In this document: positions 52,556-60,561 of the stretch, piece by piece | Numbering within the stretch: position 1 is the stretch's first letter | How the letters are laid out: the number at the start of each line of letters is the position of its first letter | DNA from: an uncultured Actinomycetes bacterium | GTDB taxonomy: Bacteria; Actinomycetota; Actinomycetes; S36-B12; UBA10799 | DNA: 64,000 bases | Assembly: GCA_963842975.1 (NCBI GenBank) | Contig: CAWJIH010000009.1 | Location: forward strand, 460,310 to 524,309 | Direction of reading: 5' to 3' | Made by a program: the position numbers and the translations under genes | The notes under the pieces: model-generated | What the model was told of the DNA's origin: nothing | Seen by the model: the letters and a program-made list of their open reading frames with translations, nothing else | Databases searched by the model: none

Positions 52556-52622
52556 GCCTCCGGATCATGAAGATTGGGCGCGACTCGCCGCGACTCAGGG
52601 CTCTCCAGCATGATCAGGAGGC
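52556..52622. repeat. 67-bp intergenic element with 14-bp terminal inverted repeats, copy 1
   Basis: GCCTCCGGATCATG (52556-52569) and CATGATCAGGAGGC (52609-52622), with 13 of 14 positions complementary. Further complementarity outward: ATGGCG 52544-52549 and CGCCAT 52629-52634. Confidence 0.8.
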
Positions 52623-52924
52623 ACCAGACGCCATGGGTCCAGGGGAGGGGCCCCGCGTTTGCCCCCGGCGGACCAAGATCGGGACTTCGGCGTGCATGGA
52701 CGGACGCTGCGCGGCGTGACGTCGACAAGGGGCGCTTGCGTCAATTTGCAGCGAACGCACTTTGCAAGTGGCGGAGTCGGCCCTTCTGCTGCCAGCACGT
52801 GGACTTCGATCCTGGCTGGGTTGAACGCACCTTCCGGTTGCCGAGCATGTTTCCCACGCCGCACCGCCGGTGGTCACCCCATCGAACCTGCAAACGCACC
52901 CACTCAGGCACCACAATCAGACCC

Positions 52925-53248
52925 ATGCTGATCGTTCACGTGGATGTCCACGTTGACCCCGACCGAGTCGACGACTTCCTCGACGCCACTCGCGCCAACG
53001 CGGCGGCCTCGCTCACCGAATCGGGCGTGCTGCGCTTCGATGTGGTGCAGGATCTCGCCGACCCCGCGCATGTGGTGCTGGTGGAGGTCTACCGAGATGA
53101 CGCCGCAGCGTCGGCCCACAAGGAGACCGCGCACTACGCCACCTGGCGCGACACGGTGGCCGATTGGATGGCTCAGCCACGATCCTCGGCGAAGTTCTCC
53201 GCTATCGCGCCAGCCGAACCCGGTCGCTGGGCCACCCCCGGATCGTGA
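52925..53248 (+). CDS. antibiotic-biosynthesis-monooxygenase (ABM) fold protein
   Basis: 107 aa ferredoxin-like protein: [10 protein letters not shown]...[10 protein letters not shown]...[24 protein letters not shown] 52925 lies within track ORF 52574..53248. Confidence 0.65.
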   Translation: MLIVHVDVHVDPDRVDDFLDATRANAAASLTESGVLRFDVVQDLADPAHVVLVEVYRDDAAASAHKETAHYATWRDTVADWMAQPRSSAKFSAIAPAEPGRWATPGS

Positions 53249-54375
53249 ATCCGTTCGCGCTGCAACTGCCGTCCCGAATCCGCTTCGGCCCGGGCACTGT
53301 CGCTGAAATCCCAGCGGCAGTCGATGACTTCGGCGGCCCGCTACTGGTGATCACCGGATCATCCCCACAGCGGCTGGGCCCGGTGCTCGACGGGCTCGGC
53401 GACTTCGACCTGATGCCGGTGGCGGGGGAGCCCACCGTGGATGATGCCCGGGCGGCTGCCGAGTTGGGTCGCGCAGCGGGTGCGCGGGTCGTGCTGGGGA
53501 TCGGCGGCGGGAGTGCCATCGATCTCGCGAAGGCCACCGCGATGCTGCTCAGCAACTCCGGCGACCCGCTGGATTACCTCGAAGTCATTGGCCGCGGTCA
53601 GCCGATCACAGCGCCGTCGGTCCCAATGATCGCGGTACCCACCACCGCTGGTACCGGCGCTGAAGTGACGGCCAACGCGGTGCTTGCGTCCCCGGCCCAC
53701 GGTGTGAAAGCCAGCTTGCGCAGTCCTTTGATGCTGCCGAGGTTGGCCATCGTGGATCCCGACCTCACCCTCGGTTGCCCGCCGGACGTCACCGCAGCCG
53801 CGGGTATGGATGCGCTCACCCAATGCCTCGAACCCTACGTCTCGACCAAAGCCAATCCGGTGACCGACGGGTGGGCGCGTACTGGACTACTGGCCGCCGG
53901 CAAGGGACTGCGCGTGGCATATCGCGACGGTTCTGATCGCGAGGCGCGCGGCAACATGGCGCTCGCGAGCCTTCTGGGAGGGCTGGCGTTGGCCAACGCC
54001 AAACTCGGAGCGGTGCACGGGTTCGCAGGTGTGCTGGGCGGTATGTCGACTGCGTCGCACGGGGCCCTCTGCGCAGCGTTACTGGTGCCGGTCTGCCGAG
54101 CCAATCTGGCTGCCGCCCCGCCAGCTTTGCGGCAACGTTTCGACGAGGTGGCGCAGTGGCTCACCGGCGACCCCGATGCTGAGGCCCCCGACGGTGTGCG
54201 GTGGCTGTCCGACACCGTGACTGCTCTTGGCATCCCCTCGCTGGCCACCTGGGGCTTCACCTCGGCGCTCACTGCGGAGGTCATCGGCAAGGTCGCCCGC
54301 GCGAGCAGCACTCAGGGAAACCCGGTGGTACTCAGTTCGCAGGAGCTCGCGGCGATATACGAAGAGGCGCTCTAG
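53245..54375 (+). CDS. iron-containing (group III) alcohol dehydrogenase
   Basis: [24 protein letters not shown], and conserved His-containing C-terminal helices. GTG 53245 overlaps the ABM stop (GTGA). Confidence 0.82.
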   Translation: MNPFALQLPSRIRFGPGTVAEIPAAVDDFGGPLLVITGSSPQRLGPVLDGLGDFDLMPVAGEPTVDDARAAAELGRAAGARVVLGIGGGSAIDLAKATAMLLSNSGDPLDYLEVIGRGQPITAPSVPMIAVPTTAGTGAEVTANAVLASPAHGVKASLRSPLMLPRLAIVDPDLTLGCPPDVTAAAGMDALTQCLEPYVSTKANPVTDGWARTGLLAAGKGLRVAYRDGSDREARGNMALASLLGGLALANAKLGAVHGFAGVLGGMSTASHGALCAALLVPVCRANLAAAPPALRQRFDEVAQWLTGDPDAEAPDGVRWLSDTVTALGIPSLATWGFTSALTAEVIGKVARASSTQGNPVVLSSQELAAIYEEAL

Positions 54376-54404
54376 GCGGACGGCAGGATGGAGTGGCGAC
54401 ACTC

Positions 54405-54471
54405 GCCTCTTGATCATGCCGGAACCCCGCGAATCGCCGCAAACGGACGCGAATCGACATGATCAAGAGGC
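54405..54471. repeat. 67-bp intergenic element with 14-bp terminal inverted repeats, copy 2
   Basis: GCCTCTTGATCATG (54405-54418) and CATGATCAAGAGGC (54458-54471), perfectly complementary. The interior contains the direct repeat CGCGAATCG twice. Confidence 0.85.
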
Positions 54472-54549
54472 GCATGGCGCCTTTGGCGGCTATCCACACC
54501 CTTCGATTGGGGCCTTGTCCCGCCGCGGCAGAGCACCAAATCTGCTCGT

Positions 54550-55482
54550 ATGGGTTCACTCGAAATCGCCAAGTCGCTGCTGGCGGCTACTGACGGGATA
54601 GTTGCCCGCCGGATGCTCCTTGCCGAGGGGGTCGATTCGCGGTGGCTCAAGCGGCGCTTGGACGACGGCTCACTCGTGGAACCGTTCCCAGGAGTGGTCG
54701 CTACGGACCCAGTCTCGTCGTTCGTTGACCGACTTCGCGCAGGACTTGCCTACGGTGGAGAGAACTCGTGGGTCTCGCACAACTCAGCCCTGGCTCTCCA
54801 CGCACTGGTGCCTATACCGCAGGCCTCCAGGGAAATCCATGTCTCGGTTCCGCACGGGGAGCGACGGCGCTTTCCGTCGGGACTCACCGTGCACCAGCGT
54901 TCGGTATCTCCCGCCTTGTCCTGGGTGGCGGGGCTGCGAGTCGCGAGCGCGGCTGATGCACTCGCGGACGTGGCCACGCAGGCGCGACTACATGACCTTC
55001 GCTGTTGGTCGGCCGAGGCGGTGCGCATGGAGCTTTCGGCCATTGATGAACTCGCGCATCACCCTTGTCGCAACAGGTCCACCCGCAAGATCATGGCTGC
55101 CGTAGCAGAGGAGTTATGGGCTGGAGCGCTATCGGGACCCGAGATGGCGGTGTGGCGCGGCATCAAGGATCGCGGCTTGCCCCTTCCTGAGCTCAACGCC
55201 CGAGTGGAAACCGACGATGGCTACCGGTTGATCGATGGACTCTGGCGGCGACTGCGCCTGGGGTACGAAATTGACGGGCGCAGTGTGCATGCCCAAGCAG
55301 GCGCGTTCGAAAGGGACCGGGTGCGGAACAACGAGGTTCAGAGTCGGGGGACGGTGTTGCTGCACTTCTCGGGCAGCCACTCATTCGGTGCGATTGACGA
55401 GGTGCTGGCCATGCTGGAGGTGACGATGCGTCGACGGGCGAAGGAGTTGGGCTTGTCATGGGAGGAGGCGACGGCGTCATAG
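54550..55482 (+). CDS. hypothetical protein with an AbiEi-like N-terminal wHTH and a DUF559/Vsr-like endonuclease-fold C-terminus
   Basis: N-terminal GIVARRMLLAEGVDSRWLKRRLDDGSL and C-terminal YRLIDGLWRRLRLGYEIDGRSVHA...FERDRVRNNEVQSRGTVLLHFS. This architecture is common in multiple copies in actinobacteria. Confidence 0.5.
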   Translation: MGSLEIAKSLLAATDGIVARRMLLAEGVDSRWLKRRLDDGSLVEPFPGVVATDPVSSFVDRLRAGLAYGGENSWVSHNSALALHALVPIPQASREIHVSVPHGERRRFPSGLTVHQRSVSPALSWVAGLRVASAADALADVATQARLHDLRCWSAEAVRMELSAIDELAHHPCRNRSTRKIMAAVAEELWAGALSGPEMAVWRGIKDRGLPLPELNARVETDDGYRLIDGLWRRLRLGYEIDGRSVHAQAGAFERDRVRNNEVQSRGTVLLHFSGSHSFGAIDEVLAMLEVTMRRRAKELGLSWEEATAS

Positions 55483-55549
55483 GCCTCTTGATCAAGCCGG
55501 AACGGCGCGACACGCGCCAGATTGGAGCCTAGGAGGATGATCAGGAGGC
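55483..55549. repeat. 67-bp intergenic element with terminal inverted repeats, copy 3 (more degenerate)
   Basis: GCCTCTTGATCAAG (55483-55496) and GATGATCAGGAGGC (55536-55549). It starts immediately after the TAG stop at 55480-55482. Confidence 0.7.
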
Positions 55550-55655
55550 CACAGGAGCCACCCGCGCCCCTTGTGCGCTACCTCTCCCGGGCCACCACAC
55601 CTTCCGCCCGGAACAGTGATTCGCCAAGCGGATCGTGAGGACTACCCTAGGCAAC

Positions 55656-57368
55656 ATGGACGCCGAGGAAATTGATCAAGGCCGTCAGCGCTGGGCTCGC
55701 CGCTACGAGGAAGCCAGATCCCGAGGCCGGGTGCGGCAAGCCGACTTCACCACTTTGAGCGGACTGGAAGTCGAGCCGGTATATGGACCGCCAGCGGGCA
55801 GCACCTACCCCGGCTTCGAACGGATCGGCTGGCCGGGTGAGTTTCCCTATACCCGTGGCCTGCACGCGTCGGGGTACCGCGGGAAGACCTGGACCATCAG
55901 GCAGTTCGCTGGATTCGGCAATGCCGAGCAGACAAATGAGCGCTACCGGATGATCCTTGACACCGGCGGCGACGGTCTGTCAGTCGCGTTCGACATGCCC
56001 ACCTTGATGGGTCGCGATTCCGACGATCCGCTGGCCCTCGGCGAAGTGGGTCACTGCGGTGTGGCGATCGACTCGGCCGCCGACATGGACGTGCTTTTCA
56101 AGGGCATCCCGCTCGGCGAAACCACCACGTCCATGACCATCTCAGGCCCGGCCGTACCCATCTTCTGCATGTACGTCGTCGCCGCCGAACGGCAGGGATT
56201 CAACCCCTCCCAACTCGACGGCACCCTGCAAACCGACATCTACAAGGAGTACATCGCCCAAAAGGAGTGGCTCTTCCCGCCCGAGCCCCACCTACGTTTG
56301 ATCGGCGATCTCATGGCCTACGTCGACGCCGAAATGCCCCGCTACAAGCCGCTGAGCGTCTCCGGTTACCACATCCGCGAGGCCGGATCCACGGCCGCGC
56401 AGGAACTCGCCTTCACCCTCGCCGATGGGTTTGCCTACGTCGAACTCGGCAAGTCCCGCGGCCTCGATGTCGACTCCTTCGCCCCCGGTCTGTCGTTCTT
56501 CTTCGACGCCCACGTCGACTTTTTCGAAGAGATCGCCAAGTTCCGTGCCGCCCGTCGAATCTGGGCTCGCTGGTTGCGCGACGTCTACGGCGCCACCGAC
56601 GAACGTGCGCTGTGGCTGCGTTTTCACACCCAAACCGCGGGGGTGTCCCTCACCGGGCCGCAGCCGTTCAACAACGTCGTGCGCACCGCTATCGAGGCGC
56701 TGGCAGGAGTGCTCGGTGGCACCAACTCGCTGCACACCAACGCCCTTGACGAGGTGCTCGCCCTGCCCACCGCCCAGGCGGCGGAGATTGCCCTGCGCAC
56801 CCAACAGGTGATCATGGCTGAGACCGGCGTGACCAACGTGGCGGATCCGCTGGGTGGCTCCTGGTACCTGGAGGCGCTGACCGATCGCATCGAGGCCGAA
56901 GCCGAGGAGATTTTCGCCAAGATCTTGAAGATGGGTGGGGCGTTGGAAGGGGGCACCCATCCGATCGGACCGATGACGGCCGGCATCCTGCGTGGCATCG
57001 AGGATGGCTGGTTCACCGGTGAGATCGCCGATTCATCGTTTGCCTTCCAGCAGGCGGTCGAGGATGGACGTAAGCACCAGGTGGGCGTCACAGTGCACAC
57101 CGAAACAATCACCGAACCGCTGGAGATCCTGCGCATCAGCCACGAGGTGGAGCGTGCGCAGGTGCAGCATTTGGCCAGCCGGAAACTGGCGCGCAACGAA
57201 GAGTCTGTGCAGTCAGCCCTGATGCGGTTGAAGCATGAGGCGGCCTACACCAACGACAACCTGGTGCTGTCGATGATGGCCGCGGCTCGGGCGGAGGCGA
57301 CCCTCGGCGAGATCTGCGGGGTGCTGCGGGAAGTCTGGGGCGAATACCGCGAGCCGGCCAGGATCTGA
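55656..57368 (+). CDS. icmA: acyl-CoA mutase large (substrate-binding) subunit, isobutyryl-CoA mutase IcmA-like, without a B12-binding domain
   Basis: [15 protein letters not shown] (Phe where methylmalonyl-CoA mutase has Tyr), [15 protein letters not shown] (Gln where it has Arg), [23 protein letters not shown]. No DxHxxG domain at the C-terminus. Confidence 0.75.
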   Translation: MDAEEIDQGRQRWARRYEEARSRGRVRQADFTTLSGLEVEPVYGPPAGSTYPGFERIGWPGEFPYTRGLHASGYRGKTWTIRQFAGFGNAEQTNERYRMILDTGGDGLSVAFDMPTLMGRDSDDPLALGEVGHCGVAIDSAADMDVLFKGIPLGETTTSMTISGPAVPIFCMYVVAAERQGFNPSQLDGTLQTDIYKEYIAQKEWLFPPEPHLRLIGDLMAYVDAEMPRYKPLSVSGYHIREAGSTAAQELAFTLADGFAYVELGKSRGLDVDSFAPGLSFFFDAHVDFFEEIAKFRAARRIWARWLRDVYGATDERALWLRFHTQTAGVSLTGPQPFNNVVRTAIEALAGVLGGTNSLHTNALDEVLALPTAQAAEIALRTQQVIMAETGVTNVADPLGGSWYLEALTDRIEAEAEEIFAKILKMGGALEGGTHPIGPMTAGILRGIEDGWFTGEIADSSFAFQQAVEDGRKHQVGVTVHTETITEPLEILRISHEVERAQVQHLASRKLARNEESVQSALMRLKHEAAYTNDNLVLSMMAAARAEATLGEICGVLREVWGEYREPARI

Positions 57369-57442
57369 CCCACCGCGTCCGCGATGCGCGGAATCGACCC
57401 CATGAAGGTGTCGACCCGCATCGCTGATGCCAGAATGACGAC

Positions 57443-58417
57443 ATGGCAACTCAACCACCAGGATTGACCGGTGCCGCCCTCCGCGGCGCAGTGGACCTAG
57501 GCGCATTGGCGCAGGCAAAGCAGGCACAACAGCAGGCGGCGACGAGGGGCAGTGGTGGCCCCGGATCAGCAGGCGCGGGCAGTGCGTTCATCAAGGACGT
57601 CACGGTTGCGGATTTCGAGACCGCAGTGCTCCAGCAGTCCCTGACAGTTCCGGTGGTGTTGGACTTGTGGGCCTCCTGGTGTGGGCCGTGCAAGCAGCTG
57701 ACCCCGGTGCTGGAAGCCCTCGCCGCCGAATACGACGGCCAATTCATCCTCGCCAAGGTTGACGTCGATGCCGAGCAGCAGATTGCCGCGGCCTTCCAGG
57801 TGCAGAGCATCCCGAGTGTGTTCGCGGTGGTGAAGGGTCAACCCATCCCGCTGTTCCAGGGCGCCCTTCCTGCACCGCAGGTGCGGCAATACCTCGACGA
57901 GTTGCTCCGTGTTGCAGCCGAAAACGGGGTGACCGGCCGAGCCGACGGCGGCGCTCCAGCGGCAGCTGAAACTGTGGACGAGACTCCTGCTGCACCCGAC
58001 CCTGCCGATGCCTTCTTCGAAGCCGCTGGCGAGGCAATGGCCAATGCCGACTGGGAGGCCGCCGAGCAGGCCTACCGGCAAGTCCTTGCGGCCAACCCTG
58101 CTGATCCGGATGCCAAAGCTGGGCTGACGGTGGTAGCCCTTGCGCGGCGCATCGACGGGATCGATCCGGTTGCGGCCATCAAAGCTGCCGACGCTGCCCC
58201 CGATGATGTGGATGCGGCCATCACCGCCGCCGACGTCGAGATGGCTAACGGGGAGCCGGAAGCCGCCTACTCGCGCTTGGTGAAAACAGTGAAGCTGTCG
58301 GCAGGCGAGGAGCGGGATCGGACCCGTGCGCGGTTGCTGGAACTATTCGAGTTGGCCCCGGCGGATGACCCCATCGTGGTGAAGTTCCGCCGCGCGCTGG
58401 CAACCGCCCTGTTTTAG
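57443..58417 (+). CDS. thioredoxin-domain protein with a C-terminal TPR-like domain (YbbN/CnoX-like; Rv1324 position)
   Basis: WASWCGPCKQL thioredoxin motif followed by an Ala/Asp-rich helical repeat domain. Confidence 0.8.
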   Translation: MATQPPGLTGAALRGAVDLGALAQAKQAQQQAATRGSGGPGSAGAGSAFIKDVTVADFETAVLQQSLTVPVVLDLWASWCGPCKQLTPVLEALAAEYDGQFILAKVDVDAEQQIAAAFQVQSIPSVFAVVKGQPIPLFQGALPAPQVRQYLDELLRVAAENGVTGRADGGAPAAAETVDETPAAPDPADAFFEAAGEAMANADWEAAEQAYRQVLAANPADPDAKAGLTVVALARRIDGIDPVAAIKAADAAPDDVDAAITAADVEMANGEPEAAYSRLVKTVKLSAGEERDRTRARLLELFELAPADDPIVVKFRRALATALF

Positions 58418-58425
58418 CGGGGACC

Positions 58426-59157
58426 TCAGCGGTTCCAGGCCTCGCCAAGCACCGTGCGCAGCCGTTCCTCTCGGAGCGATTCGACGTCAGCTTCAACGAT
58501 CGGCTCCAGTTGCCGGCCGACGCACCAGCCGAGTAGCAGGTCGGCCAGGGCTGGGTTGCGGGCAAGCCCGGGGCCGTGCAGATAGGTCCCGACTACGTGG
58601 CCGGAGACAGCTCCCTCGGTCCCGTCGCCGTTCCCCACGCCGGCGCGGACGCGGGCCAGTGGAGACACACCCGGCCCCCGGTGGGTGGCGCCGCCATGGT
58701 TCTCGTAGCCGGTGAGCCGGGGGATACCGTCGAGCAGCGGATCCGCGGCAAGTTCACCGACGGCCCGAGCGGGTAGCCGATCAGTGCGGATGTCGATGAT
58801 TTCTAGCCCAGGTGCCGGAGTGCTCGTGGCATCCGGGAAATATTCGCCGAGGAGTTGGTAGCCCGCGCAGATGGCCAGCACTGCGGCTCCAGATTCCGCT
58901 GCGGCCATCAGGTTGCCGTCCTCCCGAATCCCGCGTGCGGCGGCAGTTTGGGCGGAGTCTTCGCCGCCGCCGAGCACATACAGGTCCCCGGTGGCCGGAA
59001 TCGTCTCGCCGGGTGCGACGTCGATGACCTTGGTGCGCAGCCCATGCAGAGCAGCGCGATGCCGAAGGGCAAGGACGTTGCCGGCATCGCCGTAGGTGCC
59101 CAGCAGCGCCGGGTAGATCGACACGATAGTGAGCGAATCACCACGAGCTGAGGCCAT
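58426..59157 (-). CDS. gatD: lipid II isoglutaminyl synthase, glutamine amidotransferase subunit
   Basis: CobQ/GatD-type GATase with nucleophile Cys in LAICAGYQLLG, plus GYENHGG and TYLHGP. Start overlaps the murT stop (ATGA). Confidence 0.85.
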   Translation of the reverse strand: MASARGDSLTIVSIYPALLGTYGDAGNVLALRHRAALHGLRTKVIDVAPGETIPATGDLYVLGGGEDSAQTAAARGIREDGNLMAAAESGAAVLAICAGYQLLGEYFPDATSTPAPGLEIIDIRTDRLPARAVGELAADPLLDGIPRLTGYENHGGATHRGPGVSPLARVRAGVGNGDGTEGAVSGHVVGTYLHGPGLARNPALADLLLGWCVGRQLEPIVEADVESLREERLRTVLGEAWNR

Positions 59158-60506
59158 CAGGACACCACCTTGGTTGTTGCTTTGCGTAGCCTTCGTCGTT
59201 TGGTTTCCGGTGCAGTGCGTGCATCTGCTCGGGTGCGCAGACCGTGGAAGGCGGTGTACGTGGCGGCACAGTCGATCACGTCGAGATCTCGCGCAGCCGC
59301 CGGTAGCGGGGCACCGGGGGCGTAGGGGTCCTCGATCACCACATGATCCACATCCGCGTGTAGTAGCCGCACCGCGAGGTCGCGGCGCCGATCCCCGGTC
59401 GCGATCACCGTGCGCCCGCGCAACTTCTCAAACGGCACGTCCCACAGCCAGGAGGGATCCCGGCCGTCGGCGTCGTTGGCGTTGATGGTGATGATCACCG
59501 GCGCCGGGGCCGGCGGCATCACAGTGAGCAATTCCGACCACGACGCCGGGTTCTTGGCCAGCAGCAGGCGCACGTCCAATTCGCCGATGGTGCGAACTTC
59601 GTAGCGGCCGGACACTGCGGTGACGGTGGCCATTCGCCGCACTGACTGCCGAGGATCCAGCCCAAGCACGTCGGTGGCGGCGGCTAGCGCCAAAGTGGCG
59701 TTGGCGGCGTTGAACCAGCCGGGCAACTGCAGACCAGAAAGGTCGAAACGCCGGTGATCCGGCGCCACCGCGGTGAACACGCCGTCGTCGATGGTGAACC
59801 GCCAGTCCGGAGTCGGCCGGGCGAAGTCGCACGCAGTGCAGGCCCACTGGGTCCCGCTGCCCGTGCTATCCGCGTCGCCGCCGAATCGCATCAATCCACC
59901 GCATTCCAGGCAGACACTGGCGTCGGCTGTCCAGTTCTGCCCCGCCGACACCCACAGCACCCGCGGTGCCCGGCGCACCGCCCAGGTCACGATCGGGTCG
60001 TCACAGTTGGCCACCACGGTGGTGCGATCGGGGCACGCTTCCAACATCGTGCGCCATTTTCGGGCCACCATCGCGACTTCGTTCATCCGGTCGAGTTGGT
60101 CCCGGGTGAGGTTTCCCAGCAGCAGCGCCCGCGGCCGGGTGTCGGGCAGGATCAACGGCAGGTAGGCCTCATCCACCTCCAACACCGCCTGGCCTCGCGG
60201 GTGACCGTAGGCCAGCGCGGAGAGCACCCCGGCGGTCATGTTTGCGCCAGTCTCCTGGGTCACCACCGTCCCGGTCTGGCCGACTGCGGTGGCCAGTAGC
60301 CGGGTGGTGGAGGTCTTGCCGTTGGTGGCCGACACCAGCGCGGCGACCCGATCGCCAGCAAGGTCGCGCATGGCGTTGGGGGACACCCGCAGGATCACCT
60401 TCCCGCCGATCACCAGGCCTTCGCCGCGCCCAGCGATCCGGGAGGCGGCACCTGATGCCCGACCGGCGAGCACAGCTGCGCGGGTCCGAAGTGGTTGCTG
60501 CGACAT
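59157..60506 (-). CDS. murT: lipid II isoglutaminyl synthase, Mur-ligase-like subunit
   Basis: ATP-binding SATNGKTSTT, a Cys4 ribbon (CLECGG...CTACDF) and a DUF1727-like C-terminus. Start at MSQQPL (aa 8 of the track ORF). Confidence 0.85.
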   Translation of the reverse strand: MSQQPLRTRAAVLAGRASGAASRIAGRGEGLVIGGKVILRVSPNAMRDLAGDRVAALVSATNGKTSTTRLLATAVGQTGTVVTQETGANMTAGVLSALAYGHPRGQAVLEVDEAYLPLILPDTRPRALLLGNLTRDQLDRMNEVAMVARKWRTMLEACPDRTTVVANCDDPIVTWAVRRAPRVLWVSAGQNWTADASVCLECGGLMRFGGDADSTGSGTQWACTACDFARPTPDWRFTIDDGVFTAVAPDHRRFDLSGLQLPGWFNAANATLALAAATDVLGLDPRQSVRRMATVTAVSGRYEVRTIGELDVRLLLAKNPASWSELLTVMPPAPAPVIITINANDADGRDPSWLWDVPFEKLRGRTVIATGDRRRDLAVRLLHADVDHVVIEDPYAPGAPLPAAARDLDVIDCAATYTAFHGLRTRADARTAPETKRRRLRKATTKVVS

Positions 60507-60561
60507 GGCTCCGATGCTACTTGCCACAGTCCGGCAGCACCGGCGTCAGCCGCGCGGCAAA

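Noticed and set aside
52403-52924. ORFs in the 520-bp gap upstream of the ABM gene (52501..52728(-), 52519..52719(+), 52595..52864(-), and the N-terminal part of 52574..53248).
   Set aside because: They mutually overlap in several frames, have Arg/Pro/Gly-rich products, and lack motifs and RBS-like sequences. The region is better described as non-coding DNA containing repeat copy 1.
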